Part shown: positions 38,125 to 49,981 of the stretch, piece after piece
Numbering within the stretch: position 1 is the first letter of the stretch
How the letters are laid out: every line of letters begins with the position of its first letter
Assembly (NCBI GenBank): GCA_030704615.1
Contig: CM060734.1
Coordinates: 14,942,001 to 15,006,000, forward strand
Direction of reading: 5' to 3'
From: Takakia lepidozioides
Taxonomy: Eukaryota; Plantae; Bryophyta
Length of the DNA: 64,000 bases
Notes under the pieces: model-generated
Told to the model about the DNA's origin: nothing
What the model saw: only the letters and a program-made list of their open reading frames with translations
Database searches by the model: none
Made by a program: the position numbers and the translations under genes

Positions 38125-39040
38125 GGAAATGCGGCCCGCATTTCATTTCTTTCCATGCATTGATTTCCAGAAGCTCCCACTCCGCCGTTCTGGTACCGCA
38201 TTTCCTTTCTTGACATGGCATTTCCATACTTCGAATTCGAAATGCGGCACCGCATTTCCATATTCGACCTTGAATTGTCCAAGCATGTCCAATCGCCAAT
38301 GCATGTCCATGTCCGTTTTGGAAATGCAGCACCGCATTTCCATGTCCGTCATCGAAATGTTGTACAGGACAATGGAATGCGGCACCACATTTTCGTCCAG
38401 CACCATGGAATGCGGTGCCGCGTTTCCGTCGAAGGGTCTGGAATTGGACAAACAACAATGTCCGTTTTGGAAATGCGGCACCGCATTTGCATGTCCGTCA
38501 TCGAAATTTCGTATTGGACAATGGAATGCGGCACCTCATTTCCGTCCAGCACGATGGAATGCGGTCCCGCATTTCCGTCGAAGGGTCTGGAATTGGACAA
38601 ACATCCATCTCCAAAATGGAAATGCGGCACCGCATTTCCATGTCCGTCATCGAAATTTCGTATTGGACAATTGAATGCGGTGCCACATTTCTGTCGAAGG
38701 GTCTGGAATTGGACAAACATCCATCTCCAAAATGGAAATGCGGCACCGCATTTCCATGTCCGCCATGGGAATAACGTGTTCGACCTCCGAATGCAGCGTC
38801 GCATTTCCATTTACCTCAATGGAAGGACCTGGCAATCGGCAAAACTTCCATGTCGAAAATGGAAATGTGGCACCACATTTCCGTTCGGCCGAGCAGTTTC
38901 TGATGTCCAAAACAGGAAACGGAAAATTGTTCTTGCCCCGGTTATGGAAATGCGGTGCCACATTTCCAAATGATGTATTTGCAGTGTCCACATTTCCGTT
39001 TTTCCGTTCCGACATGAAAATGCGGCGCCGCATTTCCGGT
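38125..39040. repeat. Second array of GGAAATGCGGCACCGCATTTCC palindromes
   Basis: Same hairpin as 35570-36605 but with different spacers; ~110-150 bp higher-order units. Confidence 0.9.
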
Positions 39041-39239
39041 TTTGGAAGGATGTGGTTTGACAGATGGTGTCGTTTAGAAGCACATGGGAGAGGGGACATC
39101 AACAGCGTGGAGAAATTCCTTTATATAATCTGGAAGAGAATGCAAACGTACAAAGAGTTAATTAAAATTCTACCAATCTTGAAAATCATCATCATTATCG
39201 TCATCCTGTCCTTGACTGTCCTACTCCCCTTCCACCCCC

Positions 39240-42200
39240 TCATTTGCCTTTCTCATGTCCAGCAGACTGCTCGTTGGCGAGGTTTTCAAAAATCCCATCT
39301 TCCCCTTGCGGAACTGACCATCTCATCTCCGTTGGGTCGTCGTCCTCCCTGTCTGCATCGCTCTCTTCCGCTGAATCACATATATACTTTCGCACCCGTC
39401 TACCTGTCTCAGCTGCTGCCAACTCTTTCCTTATCCTTCTATCCTCCCTAGCCCTCTCCAAAATCAGCTCTACTTTACTGGGATTCTCACATCGTCTTAT
39501 CGCTGTATTTGCAAGTTTAGCTGCATAACTAAGAAGGGAGTAGTCCTTCACCGGGCTCTTCATGAAGTCGGTCCTCGCAAAGAATGGGACATTCTCCCTG
39601 GCAAGAAATGTAGGCGCCACTGGTTTCGACCCGGATCTTGGAATCCTGCACATAACAATCACCCACGAGACCAATGAGAACCACAGTCCGGAAATGCGTG
39701 TAACAAAAAATCACCCAGAAGGCTTTGCAAACTTACAATGTTTGCACTCACTCGTATTCCGGGTTCTCCTTGGCATCAATGTCCACTGTCTCTTCCTCCA
39801 AGTCCGACGAATCATCCGAGGAATCTTTGGCTGCGATGGGAACCTTCACATTCCGTTGAAGCCCTTCCAGATGGGATCCCCAGATGGATGTGTCCTCCTC
39901 GTAGGCAAAGAGGTGCCGGTCGGAAAACCGCCCAGCCCACATTGAGGCACCTGTTAGAATGGCATCCACTCATTAAAACATGGCCCTTCAGATATGGCAA
40001 ATTTGAACATAATGAGAATTCACAGAACAACATAGTACAAGAATCTGCATACCTGTTCCACAGATGAGGTCCAGCACTCTGCCCTCCAGGTCAGTGCATG
40101 CCTCCATAATTGTTTGGATGAAGGCAGGGCTCCGAGTCCGTGAATACCGCAGGGGATCCGTTGAAGTGAGGCTATGAGGGAGGAGTTCCGTGGGAACGTT
40201 GTTGAACAGGACGTCGTAATCGATGGGGTCGCAGTTCGGGTCAACCAACAATCCATCCTTCCGAAAAGCAAAGGTCGAGTTCTCCTTCACAAAGCGATAT
40301 GCATCGAACTGCTTTGTCTGCATACACAGTGGGGAACGATTAGAAATCGAATGCGGCACCGCATTTCAAAACAGCTTACAAAATGAAAGGACGAGTGCCA
40401 ATGTCGTAATTACCTTCTTCCCTTCCGACCGAAGGCCCAATGTGTTGATGCACGTCCATCTCTTCTTCAGAATTGGGACGGCGCTCTTGCGGGTCCACTT
40501 CGCAATTCCTGCCTCCGTGTTTTTGCCTCTGCTCGCCAGGACAACCACACAGCCTCTGTCGTCCAACACCATGCGGGCGAGCCCGAATCATTTCTTCCAA
40601 AAGTCCTCGGAGTACCTCCAAGATGGCAAAGCTTGCAGTCCTTCCACAGGCTCTCCGTCCGGAATATCCAAGATGATCATATCGCAAGACCACTCGGTGG
40701 CTTTTCCGCCCCTCCTGCAATCCTTCCCTGCACACACCTTCTCAAAGAACGAGACTATCTTCAGAAACCCAGGGGTGTCGGAAGGCTCTTCGGCAGCCGC
40801 CTTCTTCAGTGCTCTGCCCTTCAGAGCCTGCATGGTCTTGATGTATGCTAACTTGGCTGGCCATCCATCCAAAGCCGCCAAGAAACTCTCATTGACACAC
40901 TGAACTACTGTTTCTGGCTCCACTTTCGGCCTCTTCATTTCCACCGGCTCGAAAGGGTGCCCCCTCGGGGGGTTGAAGAGTGTCTTCTTTGCCGAGCCTG
41001 TTCTCGTCCCTTTCGTGACAACGGTGGGCATAGGGGATTTTGGCTGCGTTTCGGGGGGTGGGCTGGTTGCAAAGTCTCCATCGGAGTCCTCTTCGTCACC
41101 CTCTTCCTACTCTTTCTGTTTCTGCTTCTTCGTCTTCTTGGGTGTCACAACTGCTCCTCCTTGCTGGCGAGTCCTCTTCTTCGACCCCTTCTGTTGAGCC
41201 TGCACAGCTGCATCCACCGTCTTCTGTGCCATCTCAGCTGCCTTTCTAGATTGTTCCAGAGCAACAGTGTCCTTTGCCAACTCACGCCCAGCAGGGACAC
41301 GTCTTTCCTTTCTCTTCTCCTCCGCTTTCGTGTGCAAATCTTTCTCCGATTCGTCAACAAGTCCGCCAGACATGTCCAGGTACCACGGGCATCCAACGAG
41401 ATGCGCGGCATGCCATTGTTTCTACATCTCAGGTGTGTAGACACAGCTTGGGCCCGCCACGGTCCAAGCCATGAAGAACGGGGGCTCTTGAGCCAGGGCC
41501 CCTGTCTTAAGAAGCACGTATTTCATATACTTGCAAGACAATCAACATGCGTGAGCACAAGTTATGACCAATATATTTGCAGAGTGCAACCAAAAACATA
41601 AAGTGCGAATGCGGTGCCGCATTTCCCAGGCAAACCTCATTACCCAGCTTTTGTATACAACGGGAGCTGGGCTTCAGCTGTACACAATTCGCATTGCAGC
41701 TTTTCCCGCCCCCTCTTGATGTGTAAACTCCACGCTCCTTTTTGCTGTCTGCAACTCCCTGGCGAAGAGGTTGTCCTTGTATGCACGCGTCACGTAGTCT
41801 TCCAATGTTTGTGTTCCATTCCATTACCCGTACAAGCCGAACGAATTTGTATGCATTACGACTTGCTCCTTCGCATTCGACATTACCTACGTTTCCAACA
41901 TGCATTGTCACATAGCAGTTCAAGGAATTCATTCCAACAAAGCAAATCGGGGGAAGTACCTTGAATTACTTGGAACCACCAAGTCACGCGGTTGAGCCAC
42001 ACATCCACTGCAGGGTCGGAAACTTCAAGTGGAAAAGACCACATGGTCCTTATACTCTCCGATGCATTCCAGATCGACAGCCACCGTGTTTGCCATTTCC
42101 GATCCAATGTCAGGAGCAGGAAGTAGATTGGCTATTGCTAGGAAGGAACTTCAGTGCATGGAAACCTCAGCTTCTCTTTTGCCTCCACACATGCCGTTGA

Positions 42201-44460
42201 GAGGTGATGCAGTTTCTCCAACTGCATGGTCGGCTGCATGGCCCGAGAATAGTGTTTTGCAATCTCGGGGATGAAGTCTTTTCCAAGTGTCGGATCTGCA
42301 ATGGCCACCAGCTTCACAAGCTTTGACTTGTATTTGGTTCTGGACTTGACCCCGGCTTCCTTCAAGTCTCAGTCAATGACTGCAACGTTTTTAACTGCCC
42401 CTCACTTTCCATGAAGAAGCGTTTGGTATGGGCCAAATCCAGCTTGATGTTTGACTGCCAAGAAAAACATGCAGAAGCATTACATTCGATCCATGTGGAA
42501 AGGTGACTGGAAATTGGGGAAGGATGAGCAGAGGAAAATGGGAGGACGACTTACTTTGTATATCACCTCCACCATTCCATCCATAGTGAGGCGATACCAT
42601 GTCCGGTTTGTTTTTGCCACGGCTTTTTGAACGAGCTCGGGCTCCAGCATTTCGGCGAACATGTGCGGGTCAGTGAGACCAATTTTCCTCACCCTGTACA
42701 ACATATGTGCCATGTGGGTATGCACATAAGCATTTTCAGTGACCTTGCAAGGCACACTCTCCAGTTCAGTCCACTGAAGCACGGAAACAAAACTGATTGG
42801 AGGGTATGAGAATCTTACGAGTTGAGGTCCGCCATGGCATTCTTGAGCAGGGAGGAGTCTGCCGCCTTCACCTTGAGCATGACACACTCCACCATGTAAT
42901 GCCAGCCAATATGCTTGGCATGGTTCTGCTTGATGTACTCCCACCAAGCAAGAAGTCGGTGATTCCCGTCCCACACAAAAAACATTTTGCCCAACATATG
43001 GCCGAAGTCTGGATCACCCTTCAGCATTGTCTCGAATTCGTCGATGCGAGTGTGCCAGTGGATATCCCATGCTAACAATTCATCCGCAGTGGGTCCACGA
43101 GTTTTGCCGTCCTCATTCTCAATGGAAACGTAGAAGGCTGGCGAACCAAGATGGTACCCTTCTCGAAATGCGAACTTGAGCTTATCCACATCTCCTGGAA
43201 GAGCCTGCCTGATGATGGGAAGGGAGACCGTGCGACAGAGTGGAATTCGAAGAGTCCGCTAGAATACCCTGTTGCCCAGAACTCTGCCAATGTTACTGTG
43301 TGTCTCCTCCAACATTGTATCCACTGCACTTTGGAATTCCTCCGGAGACATTTCTGCAGGTGGCGGTAGGGGCTGAGCAGCTGGAGCATCCCCAACTGCA
43401 GCTGCACTCTGGGGAATCTTTGCGGGAAATTCTCGCATTGCAGAGGCCTCCTCCGGGCCTGCAATATTCTGAAGTTCTTCCTCAACGGTGGTGAAGTCCT
43501 GCTGTGAACGTTGAGCAACAGCACTCTCCTCCGCTGACAGATCGACGAAATCGGTCGATCCCGTTGCCTTCGCTGCAGCAGAGACGCCCCCAACATCACC
43601 TTCCTGGAAATCAAGTAAGAACTGGGCTTCAGCTCGTGGAATTGGTTTTGCGGGAGACTGCTCCGCCCTCCCCCTGATTGCCTTCTGCTTCTTGATTCTT
43701 GCAGGTGAAGGTGTCTGCTGCATTTGAATCTGCACTGCACCCTTCTGCTTCATTCTCTTGGGGGGGGGTGGGGGGGGGGGGGGGGGGGGGGGAACGGCCT
43801 GGTCTGGTTCAGAAACCAGTTCAAGGACGGCCTGCTTCTTTGCTGGAGAAGGGCCTGACCCCTGCTGGCGATTCTCCATGACCTTCAAACGCGAGTATTT
43901 CTCTGGGGCTTTGAACTGCAAAGACGTGCCTTTCCAAGCCGCGTCCTTGTAACACACAGGGCTAGGCCCGGCAGGAAGACCCTTGCTCGTGGATCGGTTG
44001 GGTGTGCGTGCTGCAGCTAGCTCCACGGATTCTTCTTACGGCTCTTCGGATTCCTGCGATCCCTCCACCACCTCCACCGTTCGAGTTAGGCATGCAACAT
44101 CTTCTACATTCAAGTGTCCTATCATACAGTCTAAGAATTGCACAACGAAAATGAGGGAGGGTTTCGGTGCTCGATCAGCTGCGCGCATCCCGATAGCACA
44201 GAGCTCTTACTGGGGGCTAGGTTACCTGCGTTGCCTGCTGCTGCGAGATGACCATCTCCTCCTGAAGACGCATCTGCTTCCTCCCCTTCGGCATTGGCCT
44301 ACGTCCAAAGTACAACTTACGGAGCTTGCGACGATGTCTCTTCTCTGGTGCACGAACTCCCTCCCTCTCAAGTTGGAGCATACGAAGAACGAGAGACACG
44401 GGAAAGGGGCAAAGAGTGCAGATGGAAAAGGCGTGAGAGGGGTGACTGAGTAGACACGAC
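39240..44460 (-). pseudogene. Multi-exon gene: ParB/Srx-like domain + beta-class N4C/N6A DNA methyltransferase-like domain (copy 2)
   Basis: FFVWDGNHRLLAW (42960); DMIILDIPDG (motif IV-like), RMVLDDRGCVVV (VI-like), RSPAFIQTIMEACTDLEGRVLDLICGTG|ASMWAGRFSDRHLFAYEED (X-I-II), split by a GT-AG intron at ~39951-40052; some stops and frameshifts. Confidence 0.65.
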
Positions 44461-44679
44461 AAAAGAAGATGAAACGGTGGTGATGCACCACTTGGGTTCG
44501 AAAGGCTGGGATGAAAGTGTCTCCTCGTGGACTATGCGTCATTATAAAATTTGAATCGTCAAAGGTACGCCTGCCGTCCGCAAAATAAACATCATTAACC
44601 AACGGTCAGGCCGCGCCGCCTCCTGCCACTTCAGCCAGCATGAGTGCAGACATGAAAATGTGGTGCCGGATTTCTGTTG

Positions 44680-45836
44680 GTCCACGTGTTCATGTAAGCA
44701 GAGTTCGTGCTTTCATGGGGTTGGCAAACTACTATCGTCGGTTTGTCAAGGGATTTAGCAGCATTGCGAAGGCTCTTACCAAGTTGACCAAGGTGGGTTA
44801 GGAGTGGTAGTGGGAGGAGGAGTAGGAGCAAGCCTTTGAGGAACTCAAGGCTCGGTTGACTTCTGCGCCTATTCGGGGGCGGCCTTTCAAGCTACATAGG
44901 GATTACAGTATGTTGGGGATTGGAGCAGTGCTCACGGGGTGCTCACACAGGTGGATGACGAGGGAAGAGAGTTTGTAGTGGCATATGTCAGCCGCTCGAA
45001 CAATGATGCCGAGGCGAAGTATAGTTCATATGAAGGGGAGTGTCTAGCTGCAGTATGGGCAGTGACACATTTCAGATGCTACCTCTATGACAATCTCTTC
45101 ACCCTTGTCACGGATCACCAACCATTGAAGTGGTTGATAGAGTCAGACAAGCTTACAGGGAAGCTTGCACGGTGGGCACTTATGCTTCAAGAGTACGACT
45201 TCTAGGTGGTGCATCGAGCTGGTATAGTCAATCGGGATGCAGATGGGTTAAGTCGTAATCCATGCACAAGCGAGCATGATGATACTGGAGCTCAGTGACA
45301 TGGTGAGACGGATGAGGAGATAGTGCCAGGATGACATGCATCTGCCTTTTTGTGCATTCTAGCAATGGGAGCTCTGCAAGCTGGTCCATCCCATAGGATT
45401 GGTCATGTAGATGGTATGCATGACGATCCGGAGATCAGTGAGGAGCTTAGTGGTGCCAAGGATGTGAATGAAGATGCAGCACTATTGGCCTACCTTCGTA
45501 CCAGAGAGACAACAGCCAGTGTGACTGCTAAGGAGAGAGATCGGATCCTACAACGAGCCAAGGAGGTTCAAGTGGGAGGGGATTCACCTACTCCGTGTAT
45601 GGGAGAATGGACGAGTGAGGATTGTGCCTCACCCAACATAACGAGTGCGATTGGTACGCCATACCCATGAGGAGTTGGGGCATTTTGGGGTGCGGCGCAC
45701 TCATAGTTTGCTGCAAGGACAGTGTTGGTGGCGGGGCATGCACTCGGATGTGCAGCAGTTAGTGGCAAGGTGCATGATGTGTGATAGAGTGCAGGCTTCT
45801 TTCAACGCACCTACTCCACAATTGCATCCTTTACCC
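44680..45836 (+). pseudogene. Older degenerate Gypsy pol (RT connection, RNase H, integrase Zn finger); target of the split-LTR insertion
   Basis: FMGLANYYRRFVKGF; YSSYEGECLAAVWAVTHFR..TDHQPLKW; HEELGHFG..CMMCDRV..TPQLHPLP continues as IMDFGYRW after 56298. Confidence 0.88.
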
Positions 45837-46025
45837 TGTCGTGCGCATACATATCGCTACACAACTACATCGCTGTCCAAAACCACACAACACATGTGCA
45901 CACCACCCACTAGTATACCACTAGTCCACCACTAGTCCAACCACTAGTCCAACCACTAGGCTACAACTAGTCAGTCACTAGGCTGCCACTATGCTGCCCA
46001 CTATGGCAGTCACTAGTCCACACAA

Positions 46026-46542
46026 TGATAAAGAAGAAGAATACAAGCACAAGCTCATGCGAGCTCACAAAGCTGAAGCATAAACTCATGCATATATAAC
46101 CTCATCACTCAAATACAAGTCAAGCCAAGTGCACCCCACGCCATGGGGAATCCACACTACGGCGCCATAGCTAGGCGCGGTGAGGCTCAACTCGAGAAAG
46201 ATGAGCCTCCCGCGCTTGCCGTGAAGATAACCACTCCAGGGCCTAAATCTGCCTTGACCCCTGGATTGACACTTGGGCCAATCCCAAATGTCAATATGTA
46301 AAAGCTAGCTATTTCCTAGCTAGTTTCACAGTAGTGGTAAAATAACTTGACAGCTGTCGTGCGCATACATATCGCTATACAACTACATCGCTGTCCAAAA
46401 CCACACAACACATGTGCACACCACACACTAGTATACCACTAGTCCACCACTAGTCCAGCCACTAGTCCAACCACTAGGCTACAACTAGTCAGTCACTAGG
46501 CTGCCACTATGCTGCCCACTATGGCAGTCACTAGTCCACACA
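46026..46542 (-). repeat. Complete 517-bp 3' LTR (TG...CA) containing the central palindrome GACAGCTGTC
   Basis: Minus strand TGTGTGG...TTTATCA, directly after the PPT; palindrome at 46349-46358. Confidence 0.88.
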
Positions 46543-46554
46543 ATCGCCCCCCTA
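46543..46554 (-). promoter_or_regulatory. Polypurine tract
   Basis: TAGGGGGGCGAT immediately 5' of the LTR TG on the minus strand. Confidence 0.75.
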
Positions 46555-46802
46555 GCTGGTGCTTAGGTCCCTCTAAGTCCAGGTAGCCACAAGATGTGAT
46601 AGTGACCATAGCCTCACTAAGTCCTCCACCATTATCCCTACTACACTCAAACTCGATAGATCAAGAGGCCGGGTGCAAGAGTTGCCCCATCATTAGTCGC
46701 CGTCTTGCAACCTGTGAACTTGAGCTTGGGATCTCATGTATTGACTCCTATGAGCTTGGCCTCCCATGTCTTGTTAGCTGCCTCCAGTCATGTCCACTGC
46801 CA

Positions 46803-48113
46803 CTATCCCAAGCAGTGTGGACACAACCAATCTCCGTCAGGAACCTTCTCAAGAGGTGGTGGCAAGCATCCCATATGCCAACCCCTTGAGCATCGATCAC
46901 ACACCAGCATGGTGGCTGCCCCTTTGGCAAACCCACAGAGCATGCACCTCAAACCTGCAGGTACCACTGCCAAGTTTGGGTCAACTCTACCATCGACATT
47001 AGGAAGGTGACATGACGCACAATTACGCACATGGTCCTTCCAAGTCATGCCATCCCGACCCTCCAAGATCAGGACCCCTGAGGGCAACACCTCTCGAACC
47101 CTCAGAATAACACGCCCTGCAGTAACATCCAGAGTCGTAGGAGCAGTCTGCTGCAAATAAACATAGTCACCAGGGCTAATCCTTCGAACCCCAGGATGAT
47201 ATCCTCCACCACGTATAGTGGCATACCTCAACGTATCACGATGCTGTGCAATGGCAAGGTTCTCAAAAGCCATGGGCATGACTTTCTTGAACAACTCTGC
47301 ACGCTGATCACATGCACGTACCCACACGTCCGGATCGTCAAGGTTAATGACTTGAGCAGTGTCCCTACGAATGGCTGTAGGCAAATCCGGCTCTCGGCCA
47401 AAGAGAAGGAAATATGGTGAGAAGGAGGCAAGTGATGCTTGTTTGCTGAACCTGTAGCCCATGGTTAACCAAGGAACATGAAGATCCCAATCTCCTAGGT
47501 GTCCCTTCTGCAAGCCATACTTGCGCAAACCCCTCTTCACCGTCTGAACAACTCTCTCTGCCAAGCCATTGGCCTCAGGATGATCCCGAGAAGTGGTGCG
47601 GTGGTCTATCAAGGCTTTATTACACAAAGCCTGAAACTCCCCCAAGAACTCTCTCCCTTGGTCCGTGAGTACCTCAGCTGGAGCACCAAATCGGCTAAGC
47701 ACACGATCCAAGAATGCATACGCAGCCCCCTCACTAGCCTTGTCAGGCAATGGAACCAACTCAATCCACTTGGAGAAGTGCTCCACCATCACCAACACAT
47801 ATCTGTGGTGACGCATAGTCAGTGGCAACGGTCCTGCGAAGTCAAGACTCCACCTGTAGCCCAATCCCATGATTGGTAAAGGATGCAACTGTGGTGTAGG
47901 GGTGTTGAATGAAGCACGCACCCTGTCACACACCATGCACCTAGCCACGAACTGTTGCACCTCTGTATGCATACCACGCCACCAATACTGCCCCTGCAGT
48001 AAACTGTGAGTCCGTCGCACTCCAAAATGCCCCAACTCCTCATGGGCATGCCGCACTAACCGTGCACGCTGTGTGGGGTGAGGCACAATCCTCACCCGAC
48101 CATCCTCCCACAC
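46803..48113 (-). CDS. Gypsy integrase with C-terminal PHD finger
   Basis: HEELGH..CMVC (HHCC); LDFAG/TDQG/AER (DDE); CMLC..VCDRC..WHMGC..WLCPHC (C4HC3 PHD). Confidence 0.93.
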   Translation of the reverse strand: MWEDGRVRIVPHPTQRARLVRHAHEELGHFGVRRTHSLLQGQYWWRGMHTEVQQFVARCMVCDRVRASFNTPTPQLHPLPIMGLGYRWSLDFAGPLPLTMRHHRYVLVMVEHFSKWIELVPLPDKASEGAAYAFLDRVLSRFGAPAEVLTDQGREFLGEFQALCNKALIDHRTTSRDHPEANGLAERVVQTVKRGLRKYGLQKGHLGDWDLHVPWLTMGYRFSKQASLASFSPYFLLFGREPDLPTAIRRDTAQVINLDDPDVWVRACDQRAELFKKVMPMAFENLAIAQHRDTLRYATIRGGGYHPGVRRISPGDYVYLQQTAPTTLDVTAGRVILRVREVLPSGVLILEGRDGMTWKDHVRNCASCHLPNVDGRVDPNLAVVPAGLRCMLCGFAKGAATMLVCDRCSRGWHMGCLPPPLEKVPDGDWLCPHCLG

Positions 48114-48531
48114 TCAAAAATAGGTGTATCCCCTCCCACTTAAACCTCTTGGCTCGTTGTAGGATCCGATCCCTCTCCCTGGCAGTCACAGTGGCTGCCG
48201 TGTCTCCCGTGCGGAGGTAGTCCAACACAGCCGAATCCTCATGTATATCTCTGGCACCACTTGGCTCATCACTAGCCTCAGGGTCCTCAGACACTCCGTC
48301 TACAGTCATCCCTGTTGTAGGTCCAACCTGACCTCCCGATGCCAAGATACACAAAAATGCAGATGCGTGCCATCCCAACATCATCTCCTCGTCCGTCTCA
48401 CCATGCCACCGAGCTCCAGTGTCATTTTGCTGGCTCGTGCGTGGATTGCGACTCAATCCATCCGCATCCTTATTGACCAAACCCGGTCGATGCACAACCT
48501 AAACATGTCTCTCATGCTCCTCCACCGTAGC
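48040..48531 (-). pseudogene. RT/RNase H deletion junction and RH-IN linker
   Basis: ATVEEHERHV (RT) fused to VHRPGLVNKDADGLSRNP (end of RNase H). Confidence 0.75.
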
Positions 48532-48724
48532 ACAAGAGGCAAAGCAATTCCTGCAAGCCTCAGGAACCGCCGTATACGTCGTCTCTCTCCTCTAGTGACA
48601 ATAGGTCCAATGTCAGGCTCTCAATTGTCCTCCGTAACTGCAACCTTAAGTCCAGCAGACTTAGAGGTAGAGGACGCGTCCCGTGGTTGCTATGCTGCAA
48701 CCTCTTGAGCAGTACTCTCTACCT

Positions 48725-49216
48725 ACTCAGTCAATGTTGCAGTAGTTAGTGGAGCCTAATGCTGACAAGCATGAGCGAGCAATGGGTTTTACCACTGGTA
48801 CCACGGCGGTGTCGTCTCTTTCTGAGGCATCACGTCGTCAAGTGTTGGGGCAAGCAATGGATCTCAATTGCTTGACCTGGATTATCAGCTTGTCTATGGC
48901 TAAGCAACGCAAAGTGCGGAGTACACTTCCCTCGATGGTCTCTCTGCCTACCGAGACGGTACAGGCAGTGAGTGGGGGCGAGCTGGTGAGGACCACATGG
49001 CGAAGTCATCCATGGCACACGTGGGAGGTGCTCGAGGTTCAGAGGGAGTTGGCAACCAAGGCAGCTGTGGTAGATGAGGTTGGGGATTCTTCTCGGGTTG
49101 AGGAGGTCCTCAATGATGAGATGATGGGGCAGGATGAGGTCTTGATTACCTACACTGCTCAGCTTCCCAGGATCGCATGCTTTCCGGGATAGTGGACCTG
49201 GCCTCCTGTGGGATGC
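48725..49216 (+). pseudogene. Inverted, scrambled C-terminal part of the DNMT domain
   Basis: EPNADKHERAMGFTTGTT..RRQVLGQAMD (motifs IX-X) and SFPGSHAFRDSGPGLLWDA lie on the + strand, opposite to the element. Confidence 0.7.
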
Positions 49217-49981
49217 TGCTCGTGGTTGACCTACCTTGTTGACCACTGCCAAAGGCGAACGGTCATCGTGTCTCATACACTGAGACTGCCTCCTTGTGTC
49301 CAGAATGCCATCCACTATGAGATGTGCTGGCCGCTGCACCCCATCAAATGCACGCTTGAGCAGTGCGGGTGGCATCAAGTTAGTCCACCATAGCTGTGGA
49401 CGATGAGCCCGTGACCCCACTGTAGCTGCATCTAGCAACACTACTGACCCAAGCCATGACCGGACTTGATGCACACTGGCCATCACCCTAGCCCGAGAAT
49501 CGCCCATCAGTGGCACATTCTCCAAGATGTATGCTGGAGATACAGCTTGATGAAGCTGCAAGTGGCGCAAAACCCGCACCATCTCCCAAAACAGACCCGA
49601 CCTCGAGTCTCGCAATCCATTGCCATGCCCGGCTAATGAATGCCCTTGGCAGGGCCAACCTGCCACTACCAGATCAATGGAGCCAACCCGCTCCAAATCC
49701 TGCGCCCCCAGCAACGAAATGTCTGCTGGCAAGGTCTGCTGATATCCATGAATTGCAGACACCAACAACAACTCAGGGTACCGCTGCACCAACTGAGCAA
49801 CATGGCAACGTGAAACGCGTCGTGTAGTCTCATCCCTCTCCACATACAGGTAACGTCGAACTCGTACACCTGCCTGTAACACAACAGCCAATCCGGTGCT
49901 GATCCCGCCAAACAAGTCCAGAAGACAAATGCCTTCATCCGGATACTGCCACACAATAGGTGTGGTGTCCAATGGAGACAA
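49217..49981 (-). CDS. DNMT3-like C5 cytosine DNA methyltransferase domain of the retrotransposon pol
   Basis: LDLFGGISTG (I), YVERD (II), DLVVAGWPCQG (IV), YILENV (VI), HRPQLWWTNL (VIII). Confidence 0.9.

Noticed and set aside
38033-39451. Many overlapping ORFs in repeat arrays (also 28170-30710, 35500-36700, 53144-54266)
   Set aside because: They are translations of tandem or palindromic repeats open in several frames; not credible proteins.
45837-46352. Reading A+B (TGTC...GACA) as an ordinary LTR or solo LTR
   Set aside because: The PPT and PBS abut the A/B boundaries in the opposite permutation, and the TSD brackets the whole 10.5-kb unit, not this segment.
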